Positions 37,685-49,800 of a DNA stretch of 64,000 bases are shown here, one piece after another. Every line of letters begins with the position of its first letter. The first letter of the stretch is position 1. The notes under the pieces are model-generated. The model made no database searches. It had not been told where the DNA came from and saw only the letters and a list, made by a program, of their open reading frames with translations. The position numbers and the translations under genes were made by a program. The stretch is from Felis catus (Eukaryota). The stretch spans positions 200,448,001-200,512,000 of the forward strand of contig NC_058368.1 of the NCBI RefSeq assembly GCF_018350175.1. The letters run 5' to 3'.

Positions 37685-39318
37685 ATTTTCCTGCTTTCTA
37701 ACATGCATCCCCTTTTCCTACCTTCATAGGCTATCATTTTCTTTGGACATCTGCTTTTAATATTTCTAATTGGGAAGAATCCTAAAATGCTTATTTTCTC
37801 TCTCTGTTAAATAACCATTATCTCCTGAAAATCAGAGAACCATTTGTACTTTTTTGCTACCCAGAAGTTCTCCACAGCCTAGCTGTGCCTTCTCCTTTTT
37901 CTTCATCTACCTCTCCCCACTTCCCACCCTCTTCCAGGTTGAAGTTGGGTTTCTCTCAGATGTGGATGGGGAAAATGTGCATGCAGCTCATCCTGCTGGT
38001 GTCTCTCATGGTGTAATACAGCTGAAGCAGATGTTGGAAAATTTGAGCTATTAGAGTAGCAAATGTATCTGAACCTGGGTTTAATGCTTCCTAAACTTAC
38101 CAGAGCCAATTCTTCTGCAAGAAAAAATAATGTAAAAGGATCCTTGGCTACTAATTATTTCTCTTTTTTTGCAGCTGAATAAAACAAGGACCTCTACATT
38201 CTAACCCATAAAATTTCTAGTAAGTTCCAGTTTGTGATTCAATCATTCTTACATTATCTGGGGGTTCTCTGGAAGGAACACTATGGGATTAGTACCACAT
38301 TAGCCAAAGTAATTTCTTTGTGATCAAATGTTGCCTCTCAATAGAAACAAACAAATCAGGGGGTTCAGTTCCTAACTCAAAGTGGTATTGAGCTTATCTT
38401 TTGTTTGACTTTGAGCAACAGTATTTACCCTTGCCTATTACAACTTCAGTTATTGATATCTGATATGAGAAGAGTGAGTTATGTCTGCATTCATGTTGTG
38501 TCCCTGACTATTTGGATGTTTCAAGTCCATGATTCCCTCAGATATCTCTAAGAGTCCTAAGACCCATAAAGAATTACTGATCATCCAAGTCTCTTATTTG
38601 CCTGAATCCTGTGGTTTTTGTTGTTGTTGTTTTGCTTCCTTTCTCAAAACAGAACCCTATCCCTCTAGCTAAACTGCTACAAACTCTTAAAGCATAAAGT
38701 CCTTAGAACAATAGTTTTCACCTAGAAATGAAGATGTGAATATCCTTCAAGGATCCTCGAAACTCTCCACCATGAAATATAATCTTTCTGTGTGGTCAAA
38801 GTGTCCATCAAAGAAACAGAAGTCCTTAGGAATTTGAGTAAATAGTGTATACTCTAATGCTGGAAGTAAAAAGTCTCACTTGCTTTCCCACAAATTTCAA
38901 ACTTTGAGACTTGCTCTAATAAGCATTTCACTAGCATTTTCCAACCAGCCACAAAGTCCTTTCTTTTCATCCATTGAAAAGTGTTCTTCATAATTATTTT
39001 TAGGTCTTGTAACAAGGCAACAGTGTAATTTTACCTATAGTTGTAAGGGCTGCACAATCTATTGTTTCCCAGTGACAACATGTTTTCCAGTAGTTGTAGA
39101 ATAATCCTGGAGAGATGGATTGAATATGACTGCTACCCCATTTATTTTTCTTAAGAAAATGGAAGTCAATGAATGTTAGGCTGAAATTCAATTTCTAATT
39201 GAAAATTCTATGGGAAATTCTCATGAGCTTTTCCAATTATGTGAATTTATATAAGTGCATAAATTTAATAATCTGGTATATTCTATTCTGAACAGAGAAT
39301 TTTTTCCAAAATTATAAA

Positions 39319-39531
39319 TTTTTAATGTTTATTTTGAGAGAAAGAGACAAAGCATGAGAAGGGGAGGGGCGGAGAGAGAAGGACAGAGAGAATCTCAAGC
39401 AGGCTTTGCTCTGTTAACATGGGGCTAGACATGGAACCCAACATAGGACTCAGTCCCATGAACTGTGAGATCCTGACTTGAGCCAAAATCGAAGGTTATA
39501 CACTTAACCAACTGAGGCACCCAGGAGCCCC
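39319..39531 (-). mobile_element. Can-SINE
   Basis: Reverse-strand element ending ...cccaggagcccc; flanking repeat tccaaaat. Confidence 0.93.
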
Positions 39532-39730
39532 TCCAAAATAGAAATCTCCAATTTCTCCTCTAAGACGTTATGCTTAAGTTTTCTCAATTGCACTTCTGTT
39601 GCACCATAAATCCAACCTCCATCCGAGAATGATAAGAGTGTGCTCGTGGCTTGTCGTTGGGCTGAGAAAATTATCTGTGGATCAGCTAAATGTTATACAT
39701 ATTAAATGGAAAATTCATAGTAGTAACTTC

Positions 39731-39964
39731 TTTTTTTTAATGTTTATTTGTGGGTTTTTTGTTTTTTTAGAGAGAGAGAGAGAGAGAGAGAGAGAGCACA
39801 AGGGGGGGGGCGGGGTAAAGAGAAGGGAGACACAGAATCTGAAGCAGGCTCCAGGCTCTGAGCTGTCCGCACAGAGCCCGACGCAGGGCTTGAACCCACA
39901 GACTGCGAGATCATGACCTGAGTTGAAGTCAGACGCTCAACCAACTGAGCCACCCAGGCACCCC
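39731..39964 (-). mobile_element. Can-SINE
   Basis: Reverse-strand element; degenerate TSD catagtagtaactt / cataatagttactt. Confidence 0.96.
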
Positions 39965-40620
39965 ATAATAGTTACTTTTAGAGTGTATCCTACATAAAAG
40001 TGGATCGTCTCAATACTACCCAAATATGAGATTGCATTATGAGTTTTATTATTTAAGAAGTATTTTAAATGATTTTAGACTTCTGCTCTTGGGAATGGTG
40101 AATTAGCTTATTACAGACCAGCCCTCCCATTATAAAGCCTCAACAAATATAAGAAAAATCTCTCTTTGAGAATACTGGAGAGCAAGCAGTGAAAGACAGA
40201 AGCAGGAAGAGCTAAAACATTTGAAAGGAGATAAGCACACTGAGGGGATTCTAGCTACATGTAGCTTCTCTACTGAGGGCATTTGTCAGTTCTTCCCTTA
40301 CATGGAATATTAAACTCAAACAGAAAATAAAAGTTTTATGGGATAAGAAGTCATAGGTCAAAGTTTGGGACTTCTGTAGCCAATATGCTAAGGTCAAAAT
40401 TCTGAAAAGGAGGGTGATACAGAGAAAGGAGGCACCCAGGCTTGCAAACAAGCACCTGCTCGTGATTTGTACCTATGTGGTATGAGATTCACAGATGAAA
40501 GCAAGAGTGGGAAAGATGACAGACTGAACACAAATTTGGACAACTGCTCAGTTTTGGACCAAGGTGTTGGCATAAGGACATACAAATAGACCAGTGGAAC
40601 AGAAAAGAAAATCCAGAAAC

Positions 40621-40920
40621 GGGTTTCCAATGGCACAGCACTTTCTATTTCACAAGAGAATAAAAACAGAGGTCCCCAGGCCCTATGCCAATGAGGAGCA
40701 CAGGCCAAGTCTTGACTCAGGGCAGATTTAGGGCTCATTTGGGGCTCCCTCATTCACTGTCAAGGTCTGGGATGCTCTGTTTGGGAAGGAGGATGTTAGC
40801 CAGGCTTGGCCAAGCAGTAAGTGCCTATTGAGGTGGGTGTGGAGATATTTGGAAATATTTGTTTCTTAGCTCAAATAAAGTCCAGTTTGTGTGCATGTAT
40901 GTGTATATATTCCCTATACA
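40621..40920 (+). other. Non-L1, GC-richer insert resembling an mRNA 3'-UTR end (captured gene fragment)
   Basis: Abrupt break in the L1 reading frame; AATAAA at 40874-40879 in ctcaaataaagtccagtt. It tentatively resembles my memory of the PPP2R5D 3' end, which is unverified. Confidence 0.55.
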
Positions 40921-41964
40921 TAATGTGTGGAGAAGGAAATATTTTCATGAAAAGATGCTGGAGCAATTGCCTAATAATGTCTGGGAAAAAATAAACCTAG
41001 AACCATACCTCATGGTGTACACAAAAAGCAGTTTGAGATGAATCATGACTTTAAACCTAAAGAGTAAAAATATAGTTTTTTGCACAGAAAAAGATCTTAG
41101 TTATGTATTGTAGGAAAATATAGATGATACAGGATATCAAAAGCAATAAAACAGGACAGAATTATGAATTGGACTTAAAAATTTCTGCTCTTTACAAGAC
41201 AATTAAGAAAACTAAAAAAAAAAGCATGCCATAAGACTGAGAAAATAAAGTTAATACATATATCTGACAGAAGTTTATATCCAAAATAGATAAATAACCC
41301 CTACAAATCTACATTAAAAAGTTAAAATCTCAATATACAAATAAGCAAAACTTAAGCAGCTACTTCATAAAATAAGATATAGTAATGACCAATAAACACA
41401 GAAAAGAGTGCTCTCATCATTATTTGTCATCAGGGAAATACGAATTAAAATGGCACTGTGATATCATTATACACCACTAAATGGTTAAAATCGGAAAAGT
41501 TGGCAAATCCAAGCCTTGGCAAGAATGAGGAGGAACTTTGGATCTCTCGTACATAGTTGGTAGTGATGTGCACTGTTTAGCAGTAATGTAAATAACTTGG
41601 CATATTTTTATAATATTAAATTTGCAAATACCCCATAAACCGTCTGTACCGCTCTTAGGAATTTTCTTCAAGAAAAAGGGAAACACAAGTCCACCAAAAG
41701 ATCTGTATAAAATATTTATAGCAGTTTTATTTTAATTAGACTCAAAGTTGAAATGGTATATTCACACAAGTCAAGGTCTCTAAGAAGATATGAACTACTG
41801 ATACATGCAGCAGTCTAAATGAGAAAAGAGAAGCCAGCCACAAAACAGTATGAACTGTAGAATTCCCTTTATATAGTGTTGTGGGAACTAAATTATTGTT
41901 CTAGAAATCATCTCTCTCATCAGTTCTGTCGGAGTCGACAGGAATTGGATAGAAATATCTAGGA

Positions 41965-42193
41965 GTGGGGTGCCTGGGTTAAGCTTCCAACTTCGACTCA
42001 GGTCATGATTTTGTGGTTCATGAGTTCAAGCCCCGTGCAGGGCTCTATGCTGACAGCTCAGAGCCTAGAGCCTGCTTCAGATTCTGTATCTCCCTTTCTC
42101 TTTGCCCCTCTCCCATTTGTGCTCTCTGTCTCTCGTCTCTCTCTCTCTCTCTCTCTCTCAAAAATAAATATAAATATTTTAAAAAATTAAAAA
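41965..42193 (+). mobile_element. Can-SINE with deleted A-box segment
   Basis: ggggtgcctgggttaagc lacks the usual ggctcagtcggt; TSD aaatatctagga at 41953-41964 and 42194-42205. Confidence 0.95.
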
Positions 42194-43033
42194 AAATATC
42201 TAGGATAAATGACAATTTTCTATCTCCTACTTTGGGGACTGATTTCATGGGTATATGTTTGTCAAAATTCATTAAACTACACTCAAGATTTCTGCAATTT
42301 TGTGAATTGCAATAAAAAGATTATTGGGAAAATATTATTTTTAATGTTTTACAATTCTATATCCAACTCTTCCAAGGGGATCCAGAGAATACTATTGTAT
42401 GGTGCAAAGAATAACCATAAGGGTATTTTTTACCCATCCATATCCCTAAAGTCTTCAGAACACCTGAGTCAGAATTCCATCCTGTATTCTTGTCCCTCTT
42501 TTAAAAATTCTTGTCCCCTATTTCTACTTCTCTGTTGTATTTTCAGCTATAAGCAGCTCCATAATGTTTCTTATGGTAATTAATTTAATCTTCCTTGAAT
42601 CTTTCCATTTTGAAGCTTTATTCTTTAGCAAACAAAAGTCCATGCCTATAATTTTTTTCAAACAGCCAAGAAATCTTTCTCCACAGAGAACTGGGCCAGA
42701 AGAATGGATTGAATGCTCTCTGTCCAAGCACAGATAAAACAGGATCAAAATGGTGCTCATGAAACATTTTGTCATGGTAAAAGATGTTTAATGAATTTAA
42801 TGGTTAATGGCATTGGGCTCAGATCAGCCATAGGAAGAGTTAATACAAAAGATACTGAGTTGGTACCCAAAGTTTTCCTAAGGGTTTTAGATAAGGTTTG
42901 GTGGGCACCACCAATGTTTTCTTATGTGCCACTCTACTTTTTCTAAATGCCACAAGTGAAGTACCTGGAGACTGACATTTTCTTTTCCGTTATTTTTTTC
43001 ATATCCTTAATGTTCATTTTTTATAATTTCCCC

Positions 43034-43285
43034 CAGGTGTATCACCAGCCTCTGCAGTGCCCTTGTGGAAAGAAGAAAAAGGTTACCTTCTGGAAGATGC
43101 AGCCCTGTAAGTGCATGGTTTGGTGGGCAGTGACATTGCAGCGGGTAAGAATGTCTCTTTGGTAGAGGAAGACCTGCACTGGAGCACGAGGTATGTGGAT
43201 TATGAATTAAATTTTACCCCCACATGTCCTTTCATGTAGGTCCTTTGTGCCATGTGCAACGTGCACAGATATTCATAGCAACTCC
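43034..43285 (-). mobile_element. MER91-type hAT-Tip100 element
   Basis: gtgcccttgtggaaagaagaaaaagg at one end and ctttgtgccatgtgcaacgtgcacag at the other resemble MER91 subterminal motifs. Confidence 0.6.
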
Positions 43286-43855
43286 ACCTTCGCTCTTTCA
43301 GTGACATGTTTTTCCTTCTACCCTAACACTTACATACTCTGTATCAATTTGAGTTCAATCAATATTGAGTCCAAAAAGAGAAATAACCTAGCTTCAAAGT
43401 AATGTTCATAGTAATGGCTACACTGCTGATTAAAAAACATACATGTGTATGTATCCTTTCTGCTAATTTATTTCATTAGGGCTAAATGAAATTCATATCC
43501 ATGTATTAAATGGATCTTTCTCTTTACTACTTTCCCTTTATTGATTTAGAGTAGTTGTTTGTACTTCAAGCATGGGAGATCCAAGTTTCTCCCTGTCTGT
43601 GTCTCTGAAGATTTAGTAGTAAGACCTTCAATTCTTTCATGCATCCCACCTATCGTAATGTGTCTTGATTATAAATGGTATTGGAAATAAAGAGTATGGT
43701 TTAATTAGATCTAACTTTATTGTTTTGTACTTTAAATGATTTTTCTATGTAAATATTTCAGTCTCCCTTCTCTATCTTAAATGCCTATAAACTTTCTCAT
43801 TGTCAGAACTAAGTGTTGATAATTACACATAACTTTATTTTAAAAAATCAAAATC

Positions 43856-44058
43856 GGGGTGCCTGATCAGTCAGTTAAGCCTCTGACTCTCGGTTTCAGT
43901 TCAGGTCATGATCTCACTCTTCATGGGTTCAAGTCCTGCATCAGGCTCTGTGCTGACACTGAGGGACCTGCTTGGGAATCTCTCTCCCTCCCTCTCTCTC
44001 TCTGTCCTTTCCCTGCTCACACACTTCTCTCTCTTTTAACTTAAGTAAATAAATGTTA
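43856..44058 (+). mobile_element. Can-SINE
   Basis: TSD aaaaaatcaaaatc at 43842-43855 and 44059-44072. Confidence 0.96.
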
Positions 44059-44099
44059 AAAAAATCAAAATCTCAAGAACTTTAGTGCCATTAAAATGA

Positions 44100-44700
44100 A
44101 AGATGGAGGGCTGGGAGATGGCCAGCCTGCTTGTGAGGGTTTCCGCAGGCCAGGCCTGCTGCTGTACAGATGTGGGGCTGGTGGGGCTGTGGCCTCAGCC
44201 CCTGGGGTGGATTGGGCAGCAGTGTCCTAGATGGGAGACAGGACGTGGGTCCCTATTCTGATTCTGCTGCTCCAGTGGATCAGGTCTGTCGCTGGCTAAG
44301 GTTTGGGGCAAAGGATGGGTCTCTGTCCTTGGCTCTGTGGCTGCTTCTGTGACTGATTGAATACACCGTGCCCTGGGTGGGGGCCGTGGAGTGGCTCCCC
44401 CAGCTAGGTCTCTACTAGGCTGTCTCTTTCCTGGTCCTTTCGCTGAAGAGAGCAGACATTTTGTTTGCTTTGGTCTACGGCCTTTGTTGCTTCCAGCTGG
44501 CAGGTGTCCCTGATGCCTGGTTTGGGGTCTGTGAGAGATAAAAAGAAAACCCAAGTTGCTCAGGGCTGTGATACCATCCTTGGCTTTACATTTTTCAGAG
44601 TTCTGAGTCCATTTATGATTGTCTGTTGAATTATTTACAGGACTTTGATGAATTTAGAGGGAACGAGCCAGAAAAGCGACTCTATGTCATCTTGCAACAA
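44100..44700 (-). mobile_element. Ancient L1 (L1MC/L1M4-type) 5' UTR
   Basis: ggtcctttcgctgaagagagcag...aaaaagaaaacccaag...tttcagagttct...ctatgtcatcttg follows the recalled reverse complement of L1MC-type 5' ends and explains the local GC richness. Confidence 0.7.
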
Positions 44701-45813
44701 TAAGCTTTTTAAATAAGATTCAGGTTACAGTACGTTGTCGAGCAATTTTAGAAACTTCAGTGTCTTCCATCCTGGCCATTTCTCATTGCCCATATTTTAT
44801 CAGTAATTTATTTTGAAAAAGTTAGTTCTTCTGGGTCTTTATTCATTAAAATATTCAAAACCTTTTTATCTAATTACAGAATATTTTGTTAGTATAATTT
44901 TATCCTTTTCTGCTACAGCTGTTCATATTTATACTAATATTTATGCAAGATATATTTCATTATCCCATTTAGGCAAACATTGTGATAATTATGTGTCTGA
45001 TAATTAAATGTCTTCTTAACTAAGCCCTAGCAGTTATAATAAATTCAGCTGAGTGATTGACTCTGGGATGAGTACATATGCAGGAGAAGACCATTTGGCT
45101 TTGTTTATTAATACATCAGATAAGCTGCCTTTTGACATCCTAATAGAGACAATATTTCTCTTTTGCTTTAAAAATGAATCATTTAGCCTTCTACAGCATA
45201 AAAGATTACATTGACTCTGAGCTGACCTAGGTAGCGAAAGGTGAACATATTTGCTTTGTAAATTTGACCAAGTATGAGGACAAGTTTTACTTATAGCTCG
45301 AATGGCTTCACTAATACTGAGACAAATGAGACTTGCCTCCAAGCTTTGCCAAAGCTTTAAAGTCAACTTTTAAACAATGGAGTTTTCTAATGTAAAATGC
45401 ATTTGATTACAAGTGTCAGGCACAGATAAACCACACCTGCCGTAGATAAATTAGTATGCATTGGGTAACAAAGACTTTGCTAATCTGAGCAAGAAGAATT
45501 GTATTCCGATCATTTTAAGGTTAGCAGTAAGGTAGCCCCCTTTTACAGAGAGCTAATAATGGAGGAACTTGGATAGGGTAGTGGGCTGTACAGGGCACAT
45601 GAGCACCGTCATCAGAATCCCCTTCCAAAGGTATGGAGATACTGTATAGAAATCCACTGTCATGCAAAATCCATAGGCTTATTGAGGAAGTCTGCTTTGT
45701 TAACTAAAAGTGAACGGAATCCTTTAAAGGAAAGATTCAATTTTGAGCTTTTTGATTGCTGCTGATCTCTCCCTTTCACAGCCCCATCAGAATAGGATTG
45801 CTCAGAAGGTACT

Positions 45814-46215
45814 TGTAGTAGACCGAATTATGGCCCTCCAGTAATGTCTGTGCCCTACTTTTGGAATCTGTGAATATGTTACTTTACAGAGCAAAAGGGA
45901 TTTTCAGATGTGATTAATTTAAGGAGCTTGAGATGAGGAAGATTATCCAGGTAGGAACAATGTAATCTCACAAGAGTCCTTATAAAAGGGAGGCAGGGAG
46001 GTCAGAGAGAAAAAGAGAGATTTAAATCATGCTTGGTTTGAAGATAAACCTTGAGCCATGAGCTAAGTAATGTAGGCAGCCTTTAGAAGCTGGAAAAAGT
46101 CCTGCTGGCACACTTCAGACTTCTGACTTCCAGAAATGTAAGATAGTAAATTTGTTTTGTTTTAAACCACTAAGTTCACACTAAGTTTTCACAGCAGCAG
46201 CATGAAAGCAATACA
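45814..46215 (+). mobile_element. MLT1C/D-type solo LTR
   Basis: tgtagtagaccgaattatggccctcc...gtgaatatgttactttaca...gacttctgacttccagaaatgtaagatagtaaatttgttttgttttaaaccactaag...aataca. Confidence 0.92.
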
Positions 46216-46639
46216 GCCCTCTACAACCAACCAGTAGAGTTTGCCATGAAAAAAGGTTTGACCGAGTCTTTACATTTCCAGGAATTCATTCATTTGTATT
46301 TACTTGATTTATGTGTACATTTACACATACAAATCTGTGTATATTTATATATGTGAGTTAATATTTTTGCTTTGAAGTTTTGTACTTGTCTATGGACTTT
46401 TTTTTTTTACTCTGAGTATAAGTTATTTTTAATAATAGAAAACAAGTGCTATTTTGACACATAAAATTGAAAGAACATTTCAGTCGTGCGGGGGTATGTC
46501 GGTTGTGGAAACACGAAGTAAGGAATCCTACTCAATGATATTTAAATACAATCATCTTTCTTTAGCAGGGGCAATCCTAATGTCAAGAAATACTTAAAAA
46601 AAAATCTCAACAAAGCAATTTGAATATTATTCTCTCTCA

Positions 46640-46843
46640 GGGGCACCTGGGGTGGCTCACTCTGTTAAGCTCAGGTCACGATCTTAGAGTTCATGAGTTC
46701 CTGCCCCTCATCGGGCTCTGTGCTGACAGCTCAGAACCTGGAACCTGCTTTAGATTCAGTGTCTCCCTCTCTCTCTGCCCCTCCCCTGCTCACTCTCTCT
46801 CTCTCTCTCTCTCTCAAAAATAAATAAACATTAAAAAAAATTA
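46640..46843 (+). mobile_element. Can-SINE with a small internal deletion, inside an old L1 3' fragment
   Basis: TSD aatattat(t/c)ctctct on both sides. Confidence 0.95.
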
Positions 46844-49800
46844 AATATTATCCTCTCTTTGACTGGAATTCTTAGGCAGTACCTTAGTAGAACTTTTTTT
46901 TTTCTTATGTATGCCAGAAGCCTCGTACAAGTATGTTCATGGCAATATTATCACAAATTCAAGTAACTGGACACTACTCAGATCACCACCAACAGAAAAA
47001 TAAATGTATTAACTCTGGTATAGATTACTGTGCAGCAGCAAAAATGAATTCACTTCAGCTAAACACAACCAGAACATGATGAAAAATGAAAATACAAGTC
47101 AGAGATTTCATATGATTCCTTTTGTATGATGTTCAATACATAGACAACTGAAAATATCATTTATAATACCAATGTTTGTGGTGAAAATATTCAGAAAAGT
47201 CAGGGAAATGATAAAAATATTTAATATGGTGGTTAACGGAAGAGAAGAGAAGAAACTGTATCAGGGATCAGTGGAGGTTACACAAAGAAATTCCCATGTT
47301 AAGGTAATTTTCTCCTTTAAATTGATGTGTTTTACTGTACTGTAAGCCTTTATACTTCATACATAGCTTATAGGCTGTTTTTATCTACTCAGTATTTGGT
47401 AAAAATTGTATAAAAACCTTAATTTATTAAAACTACAGGCTCTGTGAACATGAACGGTTTGGGGTAAACTGTAGTAATATTTATTTATTTATTTATTTTT
47501 TAACCCAAGAGAGTTCCTACTGTTATTGTTTTGTTTTGGAAAAAAGATAATTTTTAAAATATTTCAATCAATTTCCAAATAATTTTTAATGTTATGATTG
47601 TGACTTTGAGGTTTAATTTCTATTATATAGTGGTACAATGATATGAACTTATATTCACTCCTCCAAATTTATCAGTTTCCTTCTTTTAGGTTAATAATTG
47701 GTCAGTTTTTCACATCCTTTGCCATGAGACTGTTATGTTTAGGGTACAACATGCATTTTGTATAGTTGTTAGATCAAACTGTTAGTTATATTTCCAGATG
47801 TTCTACATTCATATTTAACTTAGAGTTTAAGACAATGAATGTCCTAAGATTTCTACACCTATGATGTTTTTTAGTTCATTTTAATTTGTAGCACTTTTAA
47901 ATATTTTTTCATTTATGCATAAGAATTCATGACTACTCTAGCATCCTCTTTTATCTTCTCTTTTTCCCATTTTTACGTATACTATTTTGGTCTTAATTCT
48001 GAGGTGACTGTCAGTTTTAAACACCATTTTTTTATTTTTTAAATTATTTCTGTTTGCCCATATTTTTCCCTTAACACTTATAAGTCACTTTAATTTGATC
48101 TCAGATTGACAGTTTTATTTGGAGGGTGAATTTTAAACTGGATTCTGTTCCTTTTATCAATTTGTTACTCAATATTCACTATATGTGTCAAAAATATTTT
48201 TACATTTCTGGCATGTGGATTTCAACTTTCTCTGATATCCATTGTGAGTTTTCAATTTTCATTTGCCCCCCTCCACTCTTTTTGTAACATTGTTTGTTGT
48301 TTGAATGTGGTAAGGGTAAGTGTGGAATTTTCTCTAAGTTTCTATAAGTACTAATTTCATTGAAGAAAGTCCAACAAATGACAAGACTTGTATTTGAGTG
48401 TCCATTTGCTGGGCACTGTGCAATCTGGAATGATTAAAATATTGATCTTGCCTCATCTGCTGGTAGTAGACACCTAAATATTATCTCAATTATGAAACCT
48501 TTGAAGTAAAGTTTAAATATTCACTATAAATAAATATTGGATTCATGCCTCAATCATAACTCGCTATGAAAAGAAATTGTCCCTGACACAATAACTAGAA
48601 TCATTTGTTATTTAACTTCTTGGTTTTCCTGAAGATAACCCTCATCCTTTGCAGACCTCAGGTGAGTATGCTTATTCTACATCACTTTTCCCTTTCTTCA
48701 TGAGTCTTTCCCAGCCCTACTCTAACTTCCTCAAATTATTGTAACGAAAGCAACAAACCTCTGAGTATTCTCTAATTCCTCCCTGCTCTCATTCATGTGC
48801 TTATACTTATGTTTTAGATCTTCTATAGCTTTAAAATTGGTTGTTTGACTCCATAGTCTACAAGGATTAAGGGCTACATCATCCCCTCCCTTTACTAGTC
48901 TACAAATTGAGTTTGGGGTGATAGTGATTTGGATGAACCGAGTTGAGCTTAATATCTGGCAGTACGAATTAGATTCAAATTCTCCCTGCCTCTCTCTATC
49001 TCTATCTCTCTCTCTCCCTATCTTTATCTCTATCTCTATTTCCATCTCATATCTTCTTTGTCTCTCTCCCCACTCAATTCCCCGTAAGCTATAACTCCTA
49101 TTAATTGACATTAGATGTTCAAAGGAACATCAAATATGACTTATTAATAGTCACCCAAATGCAAATCTCTAAGCATTTCAGGAAAGCAAGCCTATATCTT
49201 TGATTCAGGTTCTATCTGTTTAAATGAATGAGAAGGAGAAATATTCGTAACTTTTATGGTGTCACCTCTTCACAGAAATGAGAAAAGACTGCCAGCTCAG
49301 CTGGAGAGCATTGCGCAAAGCAAAGAGATTCTTTTCCTCTTCTACTTTAATATGTAGTTTCTGCTGTCTATAAAAAGGGATTTTTTCATGCAACAAGTTA
49401 AAATGGACCTGCTACAGTCACATTTAGTGTAATTTTTGAATTCAGACTCTAAGTTCAAAGCAGTTGATTCTGTTAACACACAAAATATCCTAAAATGTAA
49501 GAAAAATTAATAAATACAATAAAATATAGCTGCATATAGACAATTACTCACTTAAAAAAATACGTACTTTCCATATTAAACCTACCCCCACCCCTGTCAG
49601 GTGACATCAAACTCTGGCAAAACTAGTTTGTCCCACTTGATGCTTACAACTTAAATATTGAGTACAAAATATTCGCAGCATATTGACAAGCTTATCACTT
49701 GCTTCTCCGCTGAACAGCATGTACAGCCTTTAACTAATCCTTCTCAGCTCTGAAGAACAAACTGTAAGAATCAGTCAATATTTTGTCATTTCAGTATTAC

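Larger units (their letters stand above)
40565..42320 (+). mobile_element. Old L1 ORF2 C-terminus and 3' UTR, interrupted at 40621-40920 and by a SINE
   Basis: WHKDIQIDQWNRKENPE (40568-40618), then WEKINLEPYLMVYTKSSLR, are L1 ORF2 motifs; ends near aataaaaag at about 42311. Confidence 0.85.

Noticed and set aside
44100..44700. GC-rich island with ORFs 44170-44352 and 44195-44554 as a possible promoter or exon
   Set aside because: Explained by the reverse-strand 5' UTR of an ancient L1MC-type element.
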